From: an uncultured delta proteobacterium
GTDB lineage: Bacteria; Desulfobacterota; Binatia; Binatales; Binataceae
Assembly (NCBI GenBank): GCA_963711565.1
Contig: CAVQEQ010000004.1
Coordinates: 1,088,001-1,152,000, forward strand
Reading direction: 5' to 3'
Length of the DNA: 64,000 nucleotides
Shown: piece by piece, positions 29,101 to 37,432 of the stretch
Layout: each line of letters opens with the position of its first letter
How positions within the stretch are numbered: position 1 is the stretch's first letter
The notes under the pieces: model-generated
Seen by the model: only the letters and a program-made list of their open reading frames with translations
The model's database searches: none
Told to the model about the DNA's origin: nothing
Program-made: the position numbers and the translations under genes

Positions 29101-30162
29101 ATGCTCGATAAGGCAAGCGCAATAGAAGAGCGGGTCGCGGAACTCGAGCGCAAGCTCAGCGATCCAGCGACGCTCGGCAATCAGCGTGAATACGCGCGAC
29201 TCGCCAAGGAGCGCTCGCAGCTTTCCGAAGCGGCGCAATGCGCGCGCGAGTACATCCGCATCGCGGATGAAATCGCGGGGCACAAATCTATCCTCGACGG
29301 CAACGACGCTGACTTGCGCGAACTCGCCAAGGCCGAGCTGCCGACGTTGCAGAAAAATCTCGCCGCGGTCGAAGAGAAGCTCAAGGAGCTGCTCACTCCG
29401 CGCGACCCTAACGACGAGAAGAACGTGATCCTCGAAATTCGCGCTGGCACCGGCGGCGAAGAGGCTTCCTTGTTCGCCGGCGATTTGTTCCGGATGTACA
29501 CGCGCTACGCCGAGCGGCACGGCTTCAAGCTCGAGACGCTGAGCCTCAGCGACACGGGGCTCGGCGGAATCAAGGAAGTGATCGCGTTGGTCAGCGGGCG
29601 CGGCGCATACTCGCGCCTCAAGTATGAAGGCGGGGTCCATCGCGTGCAGCGCGTGCCGGAAACCGAAGGCTCGGGACGCATCCATACGTCGGCGGTCACG
29701 GTCGCAGTGATGCCCGAGGCGGACGAGGTCGAGGTCAACATCAACGAGGCGAAGGACCTGCGCATCGACGTGATGCGCGCGTCGGGACCGGGCGGGCAGA
29801 GCGTCAACACCACCGACTCGGCGGTGCGAATCACGCACATCCCAAGCGGGATGGTGATAATCCAGCGCGACGAAAAGTCGCAGCACAAGAACAAGGCGAA
29901 GGCACTCAAGATTCTGCGCGCGCGGCTGCTGGAACGGGCGCAGTCGGAGCAGCAGGCGAAAATCGCGCAGACGCGGAAGTCGATGGTCGGCACGGGCGAC
30001 CGTTCGGAGCGCATCCGCACCTACAATTTTCCGCAATCGCGCGTGACCGACCATCGCGTCAACGTGACGATTCATCAGCTCGACAATTTCCTCGACGGCG
30101 CGATCGATCCGGTTATCGACGCGCTCGCGGCCTACGATCGCGAGCAGTCGCTCAGCGCGTAG
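29101..30162 (+). CDS. prfA: Peptide chain release factor 1
   Basis: EIRAGTGGEEA, VHRVQRVPET (PxT), GPGGQSVN, RSERIRTYNFPQ. Confidence 0.97.
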   Translation: MLDKASAIEERVAELERKLSDPATLGNQREYARLAKERSQLSEAAQCAREYIRIADEIAGHKSILDGNDADLRELAKAELPTLQKNLAAVEEKLKELLTPRDPNDEKNVILEIRAGTGGEEASLFAGDLFRMYTRYAERHGFKLETLSLSDTGLGGIKEVIALVSGRGAYSRLKYEGGVHRVQRVPETEGSGRIHTSAVTVAVMPEADEVEVNINEAKDLRIDVMRASGPGGQSVNTTDSAVRITHIPSGMVIIQRDEKSQHKNKAKALKILRARLLERAQSEQQAKIAQTRKSMVGTGDRSERIRTYNFPQSRVTDHRVNVTIHQLDNFLDGAIDPVIDALAAYDREQSLSA

Positions 30163-30169
30163 CACGCCG

Positions 30170-31039
30170 ATGAGTGATGCGGCGCGGCGCGCGTTGGAGC
30201 AGATCGACACAGCGTCGCGCAGGCTGGCGACCGCGGGTATCGAATCGTCACGCCTCGATGCAGAACTCCTCCTTGCAGCGTCGGCAGGCGTGACGCGTGA
30301 AGCCGTCGTCATTGGCTCGATCGATCTTTCGCTCGCAATCCTGAAAAGGTTCGACGCACTGATCGCCCGCCGCGAAAAGCGCGAGCCGATTGCGTACATA
30401 GTCGGGCACAAAGAGTTCTACTCGCTCGACTTCGAGGTCACGCCGGCGGTCCTGATTCCCCGGCCGGAGACTGAGTTCGTAGTAACCGCGGCGCTGGAGA
30501 GTATTGCAGGGAAGGCCGACGCGCGGGTACTCGACATCGGCACCGGCTCAGGCGCGATTGCGATTGCGATTGCCGTCAACGCACCGCGCGCGCAGATCAC
30601 AACGGTCGATATTTCCGCCGACGCGATTGCGGTAGCATCGCGCAACGTTCGGCGTCATCGGGTAGAGGATCGAGTGACGATCCGGCGCGGCGACTGTTAC
30701 CACATGCTGGACGGAGGAGGCTCGCTCGGGACTTTCGACGCGATAGTTTCGAATCCGCCTTACCTGGATGATGCGGAGATTGCCTCTCTGGAGCCCGAGG
30801 TGCACCGCTTCGAGCCGCGCATAGCGTTAAACGGCGGGGCGAGCGGCCTCAACGTCCTGCAACGCATAACGATCGGCGCTCGTGAGCATCTCGAGACCAA
30901 CGGCGAGTTGATCGTGGAAATGGGGGCAGGCCACGCCGGTGACGTGGTGAACCTGATTACACGTGCGGGCTTGCGCATTACCGATGTGATAAACGATTTC
31001 GCGGGGCATCCACGCGTCGTGCGTGCGCGCAGGGCTTAG
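30170..31039 (+). CDS. prmC: Release factor glutamine methyltransferase
   Basis: VLIPRPETE, LDIGTGSG, SNPPY; follows prfA. Confidence 0.95.
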   Translation: MSDAARRALEQIDTASRRLATAGIESSRLDAELLLAASAGVTREAVVIGSIDLSLAILKRFDALIARREKREPIAYIVGHKEFYSLDFEVTPAVLIPRPETEFVVTAALESIAGKADARVLDIGTGSGAIAIAIAVNAPRAQITTVDISADAIAVASRNVRRHRVEDRVTIRRGDCYHMLDGGGSLGTFDAIVSNPPYLDDAEIASLEPEVHRFEPRIALNGGASGLNVLQRITIGAREHLETNGELIVEMGAGHAGDVVNLITRAGLRITDVINDFAGHPRVVRARRA

Positions 31040-31057
31040 GCGGTTGCGGAGTTTACG

Positions 31058-32314
31058 ATGGAAAAAATGATAATTCATGGCGGTGCTCCGCTGCGCGGCA
31101 CCGTCACGCTCAGCGGCAGCAAGAACGCCGCGCTGCCAATCATGATGGCGTCGCTGCTGACGTCCGAGCCGCTCGTGCTCAGCAACGTGCCGCGCCTGCG
31201 CGACGTGAAGACTGCGATGGACCTGCTGTTTCAGCTCGGCGTCGCGGCGCGCTGGATCGACGACCATCGCGTCGAGCTTCACGCGGCCAAGGTTACCTCG
31301 CACGAAGCGTCGTACGAACTGGTCAAGACGATGCGCGCGTCGTTCGTCGTGCTCGGGCCGCTGCTGGCGCGGACGGGACGCGCCCGCGTCTCGACTCCGG
31401 GCGGATGCGCAATCGGCGCGCGTCCGGTGAATCTGCATATTGCGGGCATTCGCGCGCTCGGCAGCAAGATCCAGTTTCGTCACGGCTACGTCGAAGCGCA
31501 CGCCGAAAGATTGACCGGCGGCCGAATCTGGCTCGACTCGCCATCGGTCGGTGCGACGGAAAATATTTTAATGGCTGCGGTCACCGCCCGCGGCCGAACC
31601 GCTATCGAAAACGCGGCGCGCGAACCCGAAGTGCAGGACCTCGCGCGCGTGCTGGTCAAGATGGGCGCGAAGATCATTGGCGCCGGCACTCACGTACTCG
31701 AAATCGACGGGGTCGAGCGTTTGCATGGCGCGGAGCACGAGATAATCCCCGACCGAATCGAGGCCGGGTCGATGATGGCGGCGGCGGCGATCACTGGCGG
31801 CGACGTCACAATCGCAAATGCGCCGGTCGCTCATCTTGACGCCGTAGCCACCAAGCTGCGCGAGGCCGGCGTCCTTGTCGAGTCCATCGGCAACGGGTTG
31901 CGCGTCGCGCGCGCGAATGGACTCAGGTCGGTCGAGCTGCGGACGCTGCCGTATCCCGGTTTTCCGACCGATCTGCAGGCGCAGATGATGGCGATGCTGA
32001 CGCAAGCCGACGGCACCTCGGTCATCACCGAGACGATTTTTGAAAACCGCTTCATGCACGCGCAAGAACTGGCGCGGATGGGCGCCGACATCCTGATGAA
32101 GGGCCCCACCGCCGTCATTCGCGGCCCGTCGAAGCTGAGCGGCGCACCGGTGATGGCGACCGACCTGCGCGCCAGCATGGGTTTGATAATCGCCGGGCTT
32201 GCGGCGGAACAGACAACCGAGCTCAGCCGCATCTACCATCTTGATCGCGGTTATGAGGCGCTCGACGCGAAGCTCTCGAAGTTGGGCGCGCGAATCGAGC
32301 GCGCGCAAGAATAA
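31058..32314 (+). CDS. murA: UDP-N-acetylglucosamine 1-carboxyvinyltransferase
   Basis: [40 protein letters not shown]. Confidence 0.97.
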   Translation: MEKMIIHGGAPLRGTVTLSGSKNAALPIMMASLLTSEPLVLSNVPRLRDVKTAMDLLFQLGVAARWIDDHRVELHAAKVTSHEASYELVKTMRASFVVLGPLLARTGRARVSTPGGCAIGARPVNLHIAGIRALGSKIQFRHGYVEAHAERLTGGRIWLDSPSVGATENILMAAVTARGRTAIENAAREPEVQDLARVLVKMGAKIIGAGTHVLEIDGVERLHGAEHEIIPDRIEAGSMMAAAAITGGDVTIANAPVAHLDAVATKLREAGVLVESIGNGLRVARANGLRSVELRTLPYPGFPTDLQAQMMAMLTQADGTSVITETIFENRFMHAQELARMGADILMKGPTAVIRGPSKLSGAPVMATDLRASMGLIIAGLAAEQTTELSRIYHLDRGYEALDAKLSKLGARIERAQE

Positions 32315-33684
32315 TGAGGCCGCGGGTTCTCAAGTCTCAGACGCCGGAGTTCAGAAAATTTCTGGCTTCGATACTCGCGCGGCGCGGCGGCGACAGCGCC
32401 TCTATCGACGGCGCCGTGTCGAAGATAATCGCCGACGTGCGTGAGCGCGGCGATCGCGCGCTAATCGATCTCACGTCAAGGTTTGATGGCGTGAAGCTCA
32501 CTCTCGCGACGCTTCGCGTGACGCCCGCCGAACGGCATTCAGCGCTCAACCGTATCCCGGCTGAGGATCGACGCGCGCTGGAGCTCGCGGCCGAGCGAAT
32601 CGCCGAGTTTCACCGCCGCACGATGGAGCAGTCGTTCATCTATCGCGACAAGTCCGGGATGCGGCTGGGACAGATGGTGCTACCGATGCGCCGTGTTGGA
32701 ATCTACGTGCCTGGCGGCCTCGGCGCGTATCCGTCGTCGGTGCTGATGAATGCGATTCCCGCCAAAGTCGCGGGAGTTGCCGAAATCGTGATGGTCTCGC
32801 CGCCGTCGTCGGAGGGCGAGCGGCTTGCCGTGCTGGCGGCAGCGGAAATTGCCGGCGTCAACGAGTTCTACCGCGTCGGCGGAGCGCATGCGGTCGCGGC
32901 GCTCGCCTACGGCACCGAGAGCATCAAGCCGGTGGACAAGATTGTCGGTCCCGGCAACGCCTACGTGCAGGCCGCCAAGCGTATGGTTTACGGCGTCACC
33001 GATATCGACAAGATGGCGGGGCCGAGCGAGGTGCTGGTGATCGCCGACGACCGCGCGCATCCAGAATGGATCGCGGCCGACCTAATCGCGCAGGCCGAGC
33101 ACGGCTCCGGCGACGAGGCCGCAGTGCTGCTGACCACGTCGGCGAGTATCGCGAATCGAGTTGCCGAGGCGGTGGAAGCTGCGTTGAAGAGTCTGCCGCG
33201 CGCACGCCAGGTCGAGGCTGCATTGGTCAAGCGCGGCGCGATGGTCGTCGTCCACGATCTCAACGAGGCCTTTGAGCTCGCCAACGAGATTGGCCCCGAG
33301 CACCTCGAGCTCGACATCCGCAATCCGTCGCGATGGCTGCCCAGGGTCAGGGCGGCGGGCGCGGTTTTTCTGGGGCCTCTCACGCCTGCGCCGCTTGGCG
33401 ACTACCTGGCAGGCCCCAACCACGTGCTGCCGACCGGCGGCGCCGCGCGGTTCGCGTCGCCTTTGGGTGCATACGATTTCTTGAAACGAACCAGTATAAT
33501 CGAGGCGTCGACCGGCGCGATTGCGGCGCTCGGACCGACGGTCGCGCACTTGGCGCGGATGGAAGGGTTTGAGGGCCATGCGCGCGCCATCGAGTTGCGA
33601 AATGGAGCGCCGGACGGAAAGGCGAAGCGGGCAGGGCGGAATCGAAATGCAGAACAAGCGCAAAATCTTACGAAACGAAGCTAA
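32314..33684 (+). CDS. hisD: Histidinol dehydrogenase
   Basis: GIYVPGG, DKIVGPGN, AGPSE, QAEH, GDYLAGPNHVLPT. Confidence 0.96.
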   Translation: MRPRVLKSQTPEFRKFLASILARRGGDSASIDGAVSKIIADVRERGDRALIDLTSRFDGVKLTLATLRVTPAERHSALNRIPAEDRRALELAAERIAEFHRRTMEQSFIYRDKSGMRLGQMVLPMRRVGIYVPGGLGAYPSSVLMNAIPAKVAGVAEIVMVSPPSSEGERLAVLAAAEIAGVNEFYRVGGAHAVAALAYGTESIKPVDKIVGPGNAYVQAAKRMVYGVTDIDKMAGPSEVLVIADDRAHPEWIAADLIAQAEHGSGDEAAVLLTTSASIANRVAEAVEAALKSLPRARQVEAALVKRGAMVVVHDLNEAFELANEIGPEHLELDIRNPSRWLPRVRAAGAVFLGPLTPAPLGDYLAGPNHVLPTGGAARFASPLGAYDFLKRTSIIEASTGAIAALGPTVAHLARMEGFEGHARAIELRNGAPDGKAKRAGRNRNAEQAQNLTKRS

Positions 33685-34315
33685 GACCGCGAGTCCGGTC
33701 GCGCGGCTGGCGCCGGCCAGGGCCAGGCGCAGTGCCCAGGTCGAGCGCAAGACGCGTGAGACTTCGGTGACGGTCTCGCTCAAGCTCGACGGTGCGGGGC
33801 GCGGTGAGGCGAAGACCGGCGTTCCGTTCCTCGACCACATGCTCGAGAGCTTCGCGCGCCACGGATTCTTTGACCTCAAGGTCGAGGCCAGCGGCGATTT
33901 GCATATAGATGACCATCACACGGTCGAGGACGTCGGAATCGTGGTGGGCAGGGCGTTTCGCGACGCGCTCGGCGATCGCGCAGGCATCAAGCGGTTTGGC
34001 GAGGCGACCGTGCCGCTCGACGAGGCTGTCTGCACCGCGATTGTCGATATCAGCGGACGCGCGTACCTGGGCTACAACGTCCCGATCAGCCAGGAGCGGG
34101 TCGGCAACTTCCAGACCGAGTTGGTGCACGACTTCATGAAGGCGCTGACCGACGAAGTCGGAATGAACCTGCATCTCAACTTGGTCAGCGGCCGCAACCC
34201 GCATCACATCATCGAGGCCACCTTCAAAGCGTTGGCGCGCGCGATGGACCATGCCACGGCTCGCGAGCCGCGGCTTTCAGGCGTGTTATCGACCAAGGGC
34301 ACGCTCAGCAGCTAG
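33647..34315 (+). CDS. hisB: Imidazoleglycerol-phosphate dehydratase
   Basis: RKTRET, FLDHML, DDHHTVED, NPHHIIE, STKG. Confidence 0.95.
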   Translation: MQNKRKILRNEAKTASPVARLAPARARRSAQVERKTRETSVTVSLKLDGAGRGEAKTGVPFLDHMLESFARHGFFDLKVEASGDLHIDDHHTVEDVGIVVGRAFRDALGDRAGIKRFGEATVPLDEAVCTAIVDISGRAYLGYNVPISQERVGNFQTELVHDFMKALTDEVGMNLHLNLVSGRNPHHIIEATFKALARAMDHATAREPRLSGVLSTKGTLSS

Positions 34316-34320
34316 ATCGC

Positions 34321-35058
34321 TTGTTCGAGAAGTTCACCGTTATTCCCTCAATCGACCTGAAGGGCGGCCAGGTCGTACGCCTGCTCCACGGCGACATGAG
34401 CCGGGTCACCGTCTATGGTGCGCATCCGGGCGAGACTGCGCGTCGCTTCGATGAGGCGGGGGCGGAACTTATCCACATAGTCGATCTCGATGGCGCGATT
34501 GCCGGCGAACCGCGAAATATCGGGGCGATCGCCGAAATTCGAGCGGCGACAAAATGCGCAATCGACGTGAGCGGGGGCTTGCGGACGATCGAAGCCGTGC
34601 GCGCGGCCTTCGCGGCTGGCGCCGACCGCGTCTCGATTGGTTCGGCCGCGTTGCTGAATCCGGACCTGCTCCGCCACGCCTGCACCGAGTTCCCGGGACG
34701 GATCTTCGGCTCGATCGACATCCGCGACGGCCGGCTTGCCGTCAAAGGATGGGTTGAGACGAGCCAACTCACCGTCGCCGAGGCAGCAGAGCGGTTCCGC
34801 ACTGCGGGTGTCGCGGCGGCAATCGTGACCGACATCGTCCGCGACGGTGCGCAGGTCGGCGTCGATGCGGCTCGCATGGAAGAAATCGCCAAGTCTGTAC
34901 GCTTCCCGGTGATCGCGTCAGGCGGAGTCGCGAGTCTCGACGACATCCGCGCCCTTCAGCGGCGATTCGAGGCTGGGATAGTGGGAGTGGTCGTGGGTCG
35001 AGCGCTATACGAAGGAAATTTCAGTCTACGCGATGCTTTAGCTGTGGCTATCAGTTAG
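34321..35058 (+). CDS. hisA: ProFAR isomerase
   Basis: IPSIDLKGGQVVRL, HIVDLDGA, GGLR, TDIVRDG, IASGGV, GRALY. Confidence 0.94.
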   Translation: MFEKFTVIPSIDLKGGQVVRLLHGDMSRVTVYGAHPGETARRFDEAGAELIHIVDLDGAIAGEPRNIGAIAEIRAATKCAIDVSGGLRTIEAVRAAFAAGADRVSIGSAALLNPDLLRHACTEFPGRIFGSIDIRDGRLAVKGWVETSQLTVAEAAERFRTAGVAAAIVTDIVRDGAQVGVDAARMEEIAKSVRFPVIASGGVASLDDIRALQRRFEAGIVGVVVGRALYEGNFSLRDALAVAIS

Positions 35059-35564
35059 CGCTTATTCAATTCAGTACGTCGCTATTGCTATTCTACTGTC
35101 CTGGACTCTACCCTTAAGTTCCCTGTAGCTTTGTACTCGCCGCGCGATTGCCATCACCGAGCTATAGGCTACTTCGTACATGCTCCATAGCATGAAGCTG
35201 CCCGGTCTAGAGCTTCATTTGACTTGAACAGCTGTCTACGGGGTTCAAGAGTTGATTTTTGATATTTAGAAGTACAATCAAGCGCGTGCTATACGCTTGA
35301 CATAGAGCCTGCCGACCGTAGAGAATGCCCAAGCTGGGTAAAGACATGATTTTATGGTCTCAACCAAGCGTAACCAATCAAGAGCAAATAGCAATAAAGG
35401 TTGGATACTCCATCAGGTAGATTCTGGAGTTAGCTAGCAGTAGGTGTTTATAACTAGAAAGCTGGTTTTCCCTACAATCAGTTAAAGTTGTCGCAAGCCG
35501 CGGGGGTATTGGATCCCCGCGTGACGGTTGTTCGAAACACACTAACGGACGGAGGGACACGGAA

Positions 35565-35735
35565 ATGGATCTGATCAGGAAACTGTATGCGAAAGCAGAT
35601 GGGTTCGCGCGCGGCCAGACAATGGCCGAGTATGCGCTGATCCTCGCGGCGGTCGCGGTCGTGGTCTATCTCGGCTACCAGACCATGGGCACGACGATTA
35701 CGACTCTGCTCAGCAGCATTGACGGCAAGCTCTAA
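35565..35735 (+). CDS. flp: Flp/Fap (type IVc/Tad) pilin 1, 56 aa; absent from ORF track
   Basis: MDLIRKLYAKADGFARG|QTMAEYALILAAVAVVVYLGY...; G|xxxxEY Flp motif; GGAGGG RBS. Confidence 0.88.
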   Translation: MDLIRKLYAKADGFARGQTMAEYALILAAVAVVVYLGYQTMGTTITTLLSSIDGKL

Positions 35736-35772
35736 TCGTTGACCGTTCTCGGCGAGAAGGCTGATTTAAAAA

Positions 35773-35802
35773 GCCGGCGGAGGCTGTACCTCCGCCGGAA
35801 AA
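35773..35802. other. Perfect GC-rich hairpin between pilin 1 and pilin 2
   Basis: CCGGCGGAGG-CTGTA-CCTCCGCCGG flanked by A runs. Confidence 0.5.
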
Positions 35803-35852
35803 ACACAACTTTCGTAACAGCCAGGAAGAGGCACAGCACTCTCCAGGGCAGC

Positions 35853-36023
35853 ATGAATTCGATTAGAAAACTGTATGTGAAGGCAGAATTGTTTGCCCGC
35901 GGCCAGACGATGGCTGAGTATGCGCTTCTTCTGGCATCGGTAGCCGTCGTGGTCTATGCCGGTTACAGCACGATGGGTAAGACCATCACGACACTGCTCA
36001 GCAGCGTGGACGGCAAGCTCTAA
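35853..36023 (+). CDS. flp: Flp/Fap pilin 2, 56 aa
   Basis: MNSIRKLYVKAELFARG|QTMAEYALLLASVAVVVY... Confidence 0.88.
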   Translation: MNSIRKLYVKAELFARGQTMAEYALLLASVAVVVYAGYSTMGKTITTLLSSVDGKL

Positions 36024-36146
36024 TCCTGGTCCATTTTCGCCAGGCTAAGAAATTAAGCCGGCGCGGGTTTTGTGCCACCGTAGGCAAAGCCAATTAGCCG
36101 CGACTCAGCGAAACAGCTACAGTCGCGCCAAACAGAGGAGTTCAAG

Positions 36147-36317
36147 ATGAATACGATCAGGAAAATGTATGTGAAGGCAGATTCGTTCGCGCGCGGACAG
36201 ACGATGGCTGAGTATGCGCTGATCTTGGCGGCGGTTGCCGTCGTAGTCTATGTCGGCTACGAGACCATGGGCACGACGCTCACCACAATGCTCTCCAGCG
36301 TGGACACCAGCCTCTAG
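36147..36317 (+). CDS. flp: Flp/Fap pilin 3, 56 aa; absent from ORF track
   Basis: MNTIRKMYVKADSFARG|QTMAEYALILAAVAVVVYVGY...; GAGGAG RBS. Confidence 0.88.
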   Translation: MNTIRKMYVKADSFARGQTMAEYALILAAVAVVVYVGYETMGTTLTTMLSSVDTSL

Positions 36318-36347
36318 TCCGCGGCGAACAGACATAGCCAAACGCGG

Positions 36348-37376
36348 TCAGGTTGCGTCAGTGAAAGGACGCAACCTGACTCGTGGATTAGCGCACCATC
36401 GCGGCACGCGTCCACTGAGCACCGCAAGGATATTGTCCGCCGCGACGGCAGCCATGCGGGCGCGCGTAGCGATACTGGCGCTGCCGATGTGCGGCGTAAT
36501 CACCACGTTATCGAGTCGAAGGAGCGGATCGCGATGCGCGATCGGCTCGGGATCGGTCACGTCGAGGCCTGCGCCACCCAATCGGCGTGATTTCAGCGCC
36601 GCAACCATCGCGGCTTGATCGACCACTGCGCCCCGTGCGGTGTTGATTAGAATAGCCCCCGGCTTCATCATCGCGAACTCGCGCGCCCCGATCATGTGCC
36701 GCGTTTTGGCCGTCAGGGGTACGTGAATCGACACGTAGTCCGATTCCGCCAGCAAGCGGGGCAGCGTGACGGCGACGGCGCCCGCAGGCCGAACGTCCGC
36801 GCGTCGCGTTATTCGCTTGCTCGACGGATGCTTGAGATACAGCACCCGCATCCCGAATCCCATCGCGCGGCGCGCCATCGCCTGTCCAATCGCGCCGAAC
36901 CCTATTATCCCGAGCGTGCTCGAATAGACGTCGTGGCCGAGCATCATCATCGGCCCCCAAGTGCGCCATTTGCCCGCGCGCACATGCCGATCAGCTTCGG
37001 CGATTCGCCGCGCCGTCGCCATCAGCAAGCCGAAAGCGAGGTCCGCGGTGGCCTCAGTCAGCACGCCGGGAGTATGGCCGACCGCGATACCCGCGCGAGT
37101 GGCGGCGTCGAGGTCGATATTGTCCACGCCGACGCCCAGGTTGCTGATGACGCGCAGGCGCGGCGCGTCCGCAATCACTCGCGCGTCGATCTTGTCGGTG
37201 ATCATCGAGAGTACTGCATCAGCATTCGCTAGCGCCGCTCGCAGCGCCGAGGCCGGCGGCGGCATCTCATCGCGCCATACCGTAACTGCAGCCGCGGCGC
37301 GGATACGCTCGAGCGCGGCGCTGTCGATCGTGCGCGTGACGAAGACTTTTCGGCATGGACGAGCTCGACGCGGCAT
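36348..37376 (-). CDS. D-2-hydroxyacid dehydrogenase (glyoxylate reductase / D-glycerate dehydrogenase)
   Basis: GVGVDNID, TPGVLT, GFGAIG, LINTARG, AGLDV, PHIGSA. Confidence 0.9.
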   Translation of the reverse strand: MPRRARPCRKVFVTRTIDSAALERIRAAAAVTVWRDEMPPPASALRAALANADAVLSMITDKIDARVIADAPRLRVISNLGVGVDNIDLDAATRAGIAVGHTPGVLTEATADLAFGLLMATARRIAEADRHVRAGKWRTWGPMMMLGHDVYSSTLGIIGFGAIGQAMARRAMGFGMRVLYLKHPSSKRITRRADVRPAGAVAVTLPRLLAESDYVSIHVPLTAKTRHMIGAREFAMMKPGAILINTARGAVVDQAAMVAALKSRRLGGAGLDVTDPEPIAHRDPLLRLDNVVITPHIGSASIATRARMAAVAADNILAVLSGRVPRWCANPRVRLRPFTDAT

Positions 37377-37432
37377 CTGACGAAACTCCTGACGGTTCAA
37401 ATAGTTCTTTGGCTCTGCTATACGCGACAAGC

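Noticed and set aside
27921-30411. Long antisense and alternate-frame ORFs (e.g. 27921-28985, 28939-30411; also 8893-10401, 51384-52673, 54511-55881)
   Set aside because: Shadow ORFs expected in high-GC coding DNA; they lie opposite or upstream of well-supported genes and lack motifs
35470-35564. c-di-GMP/cGAMP (GEMM) riboswitch upstream of the pilins
   Set aside because: The GGCAAA..GAAA..GACGCAAAG consensus is not present; only a simple hairpin is seen
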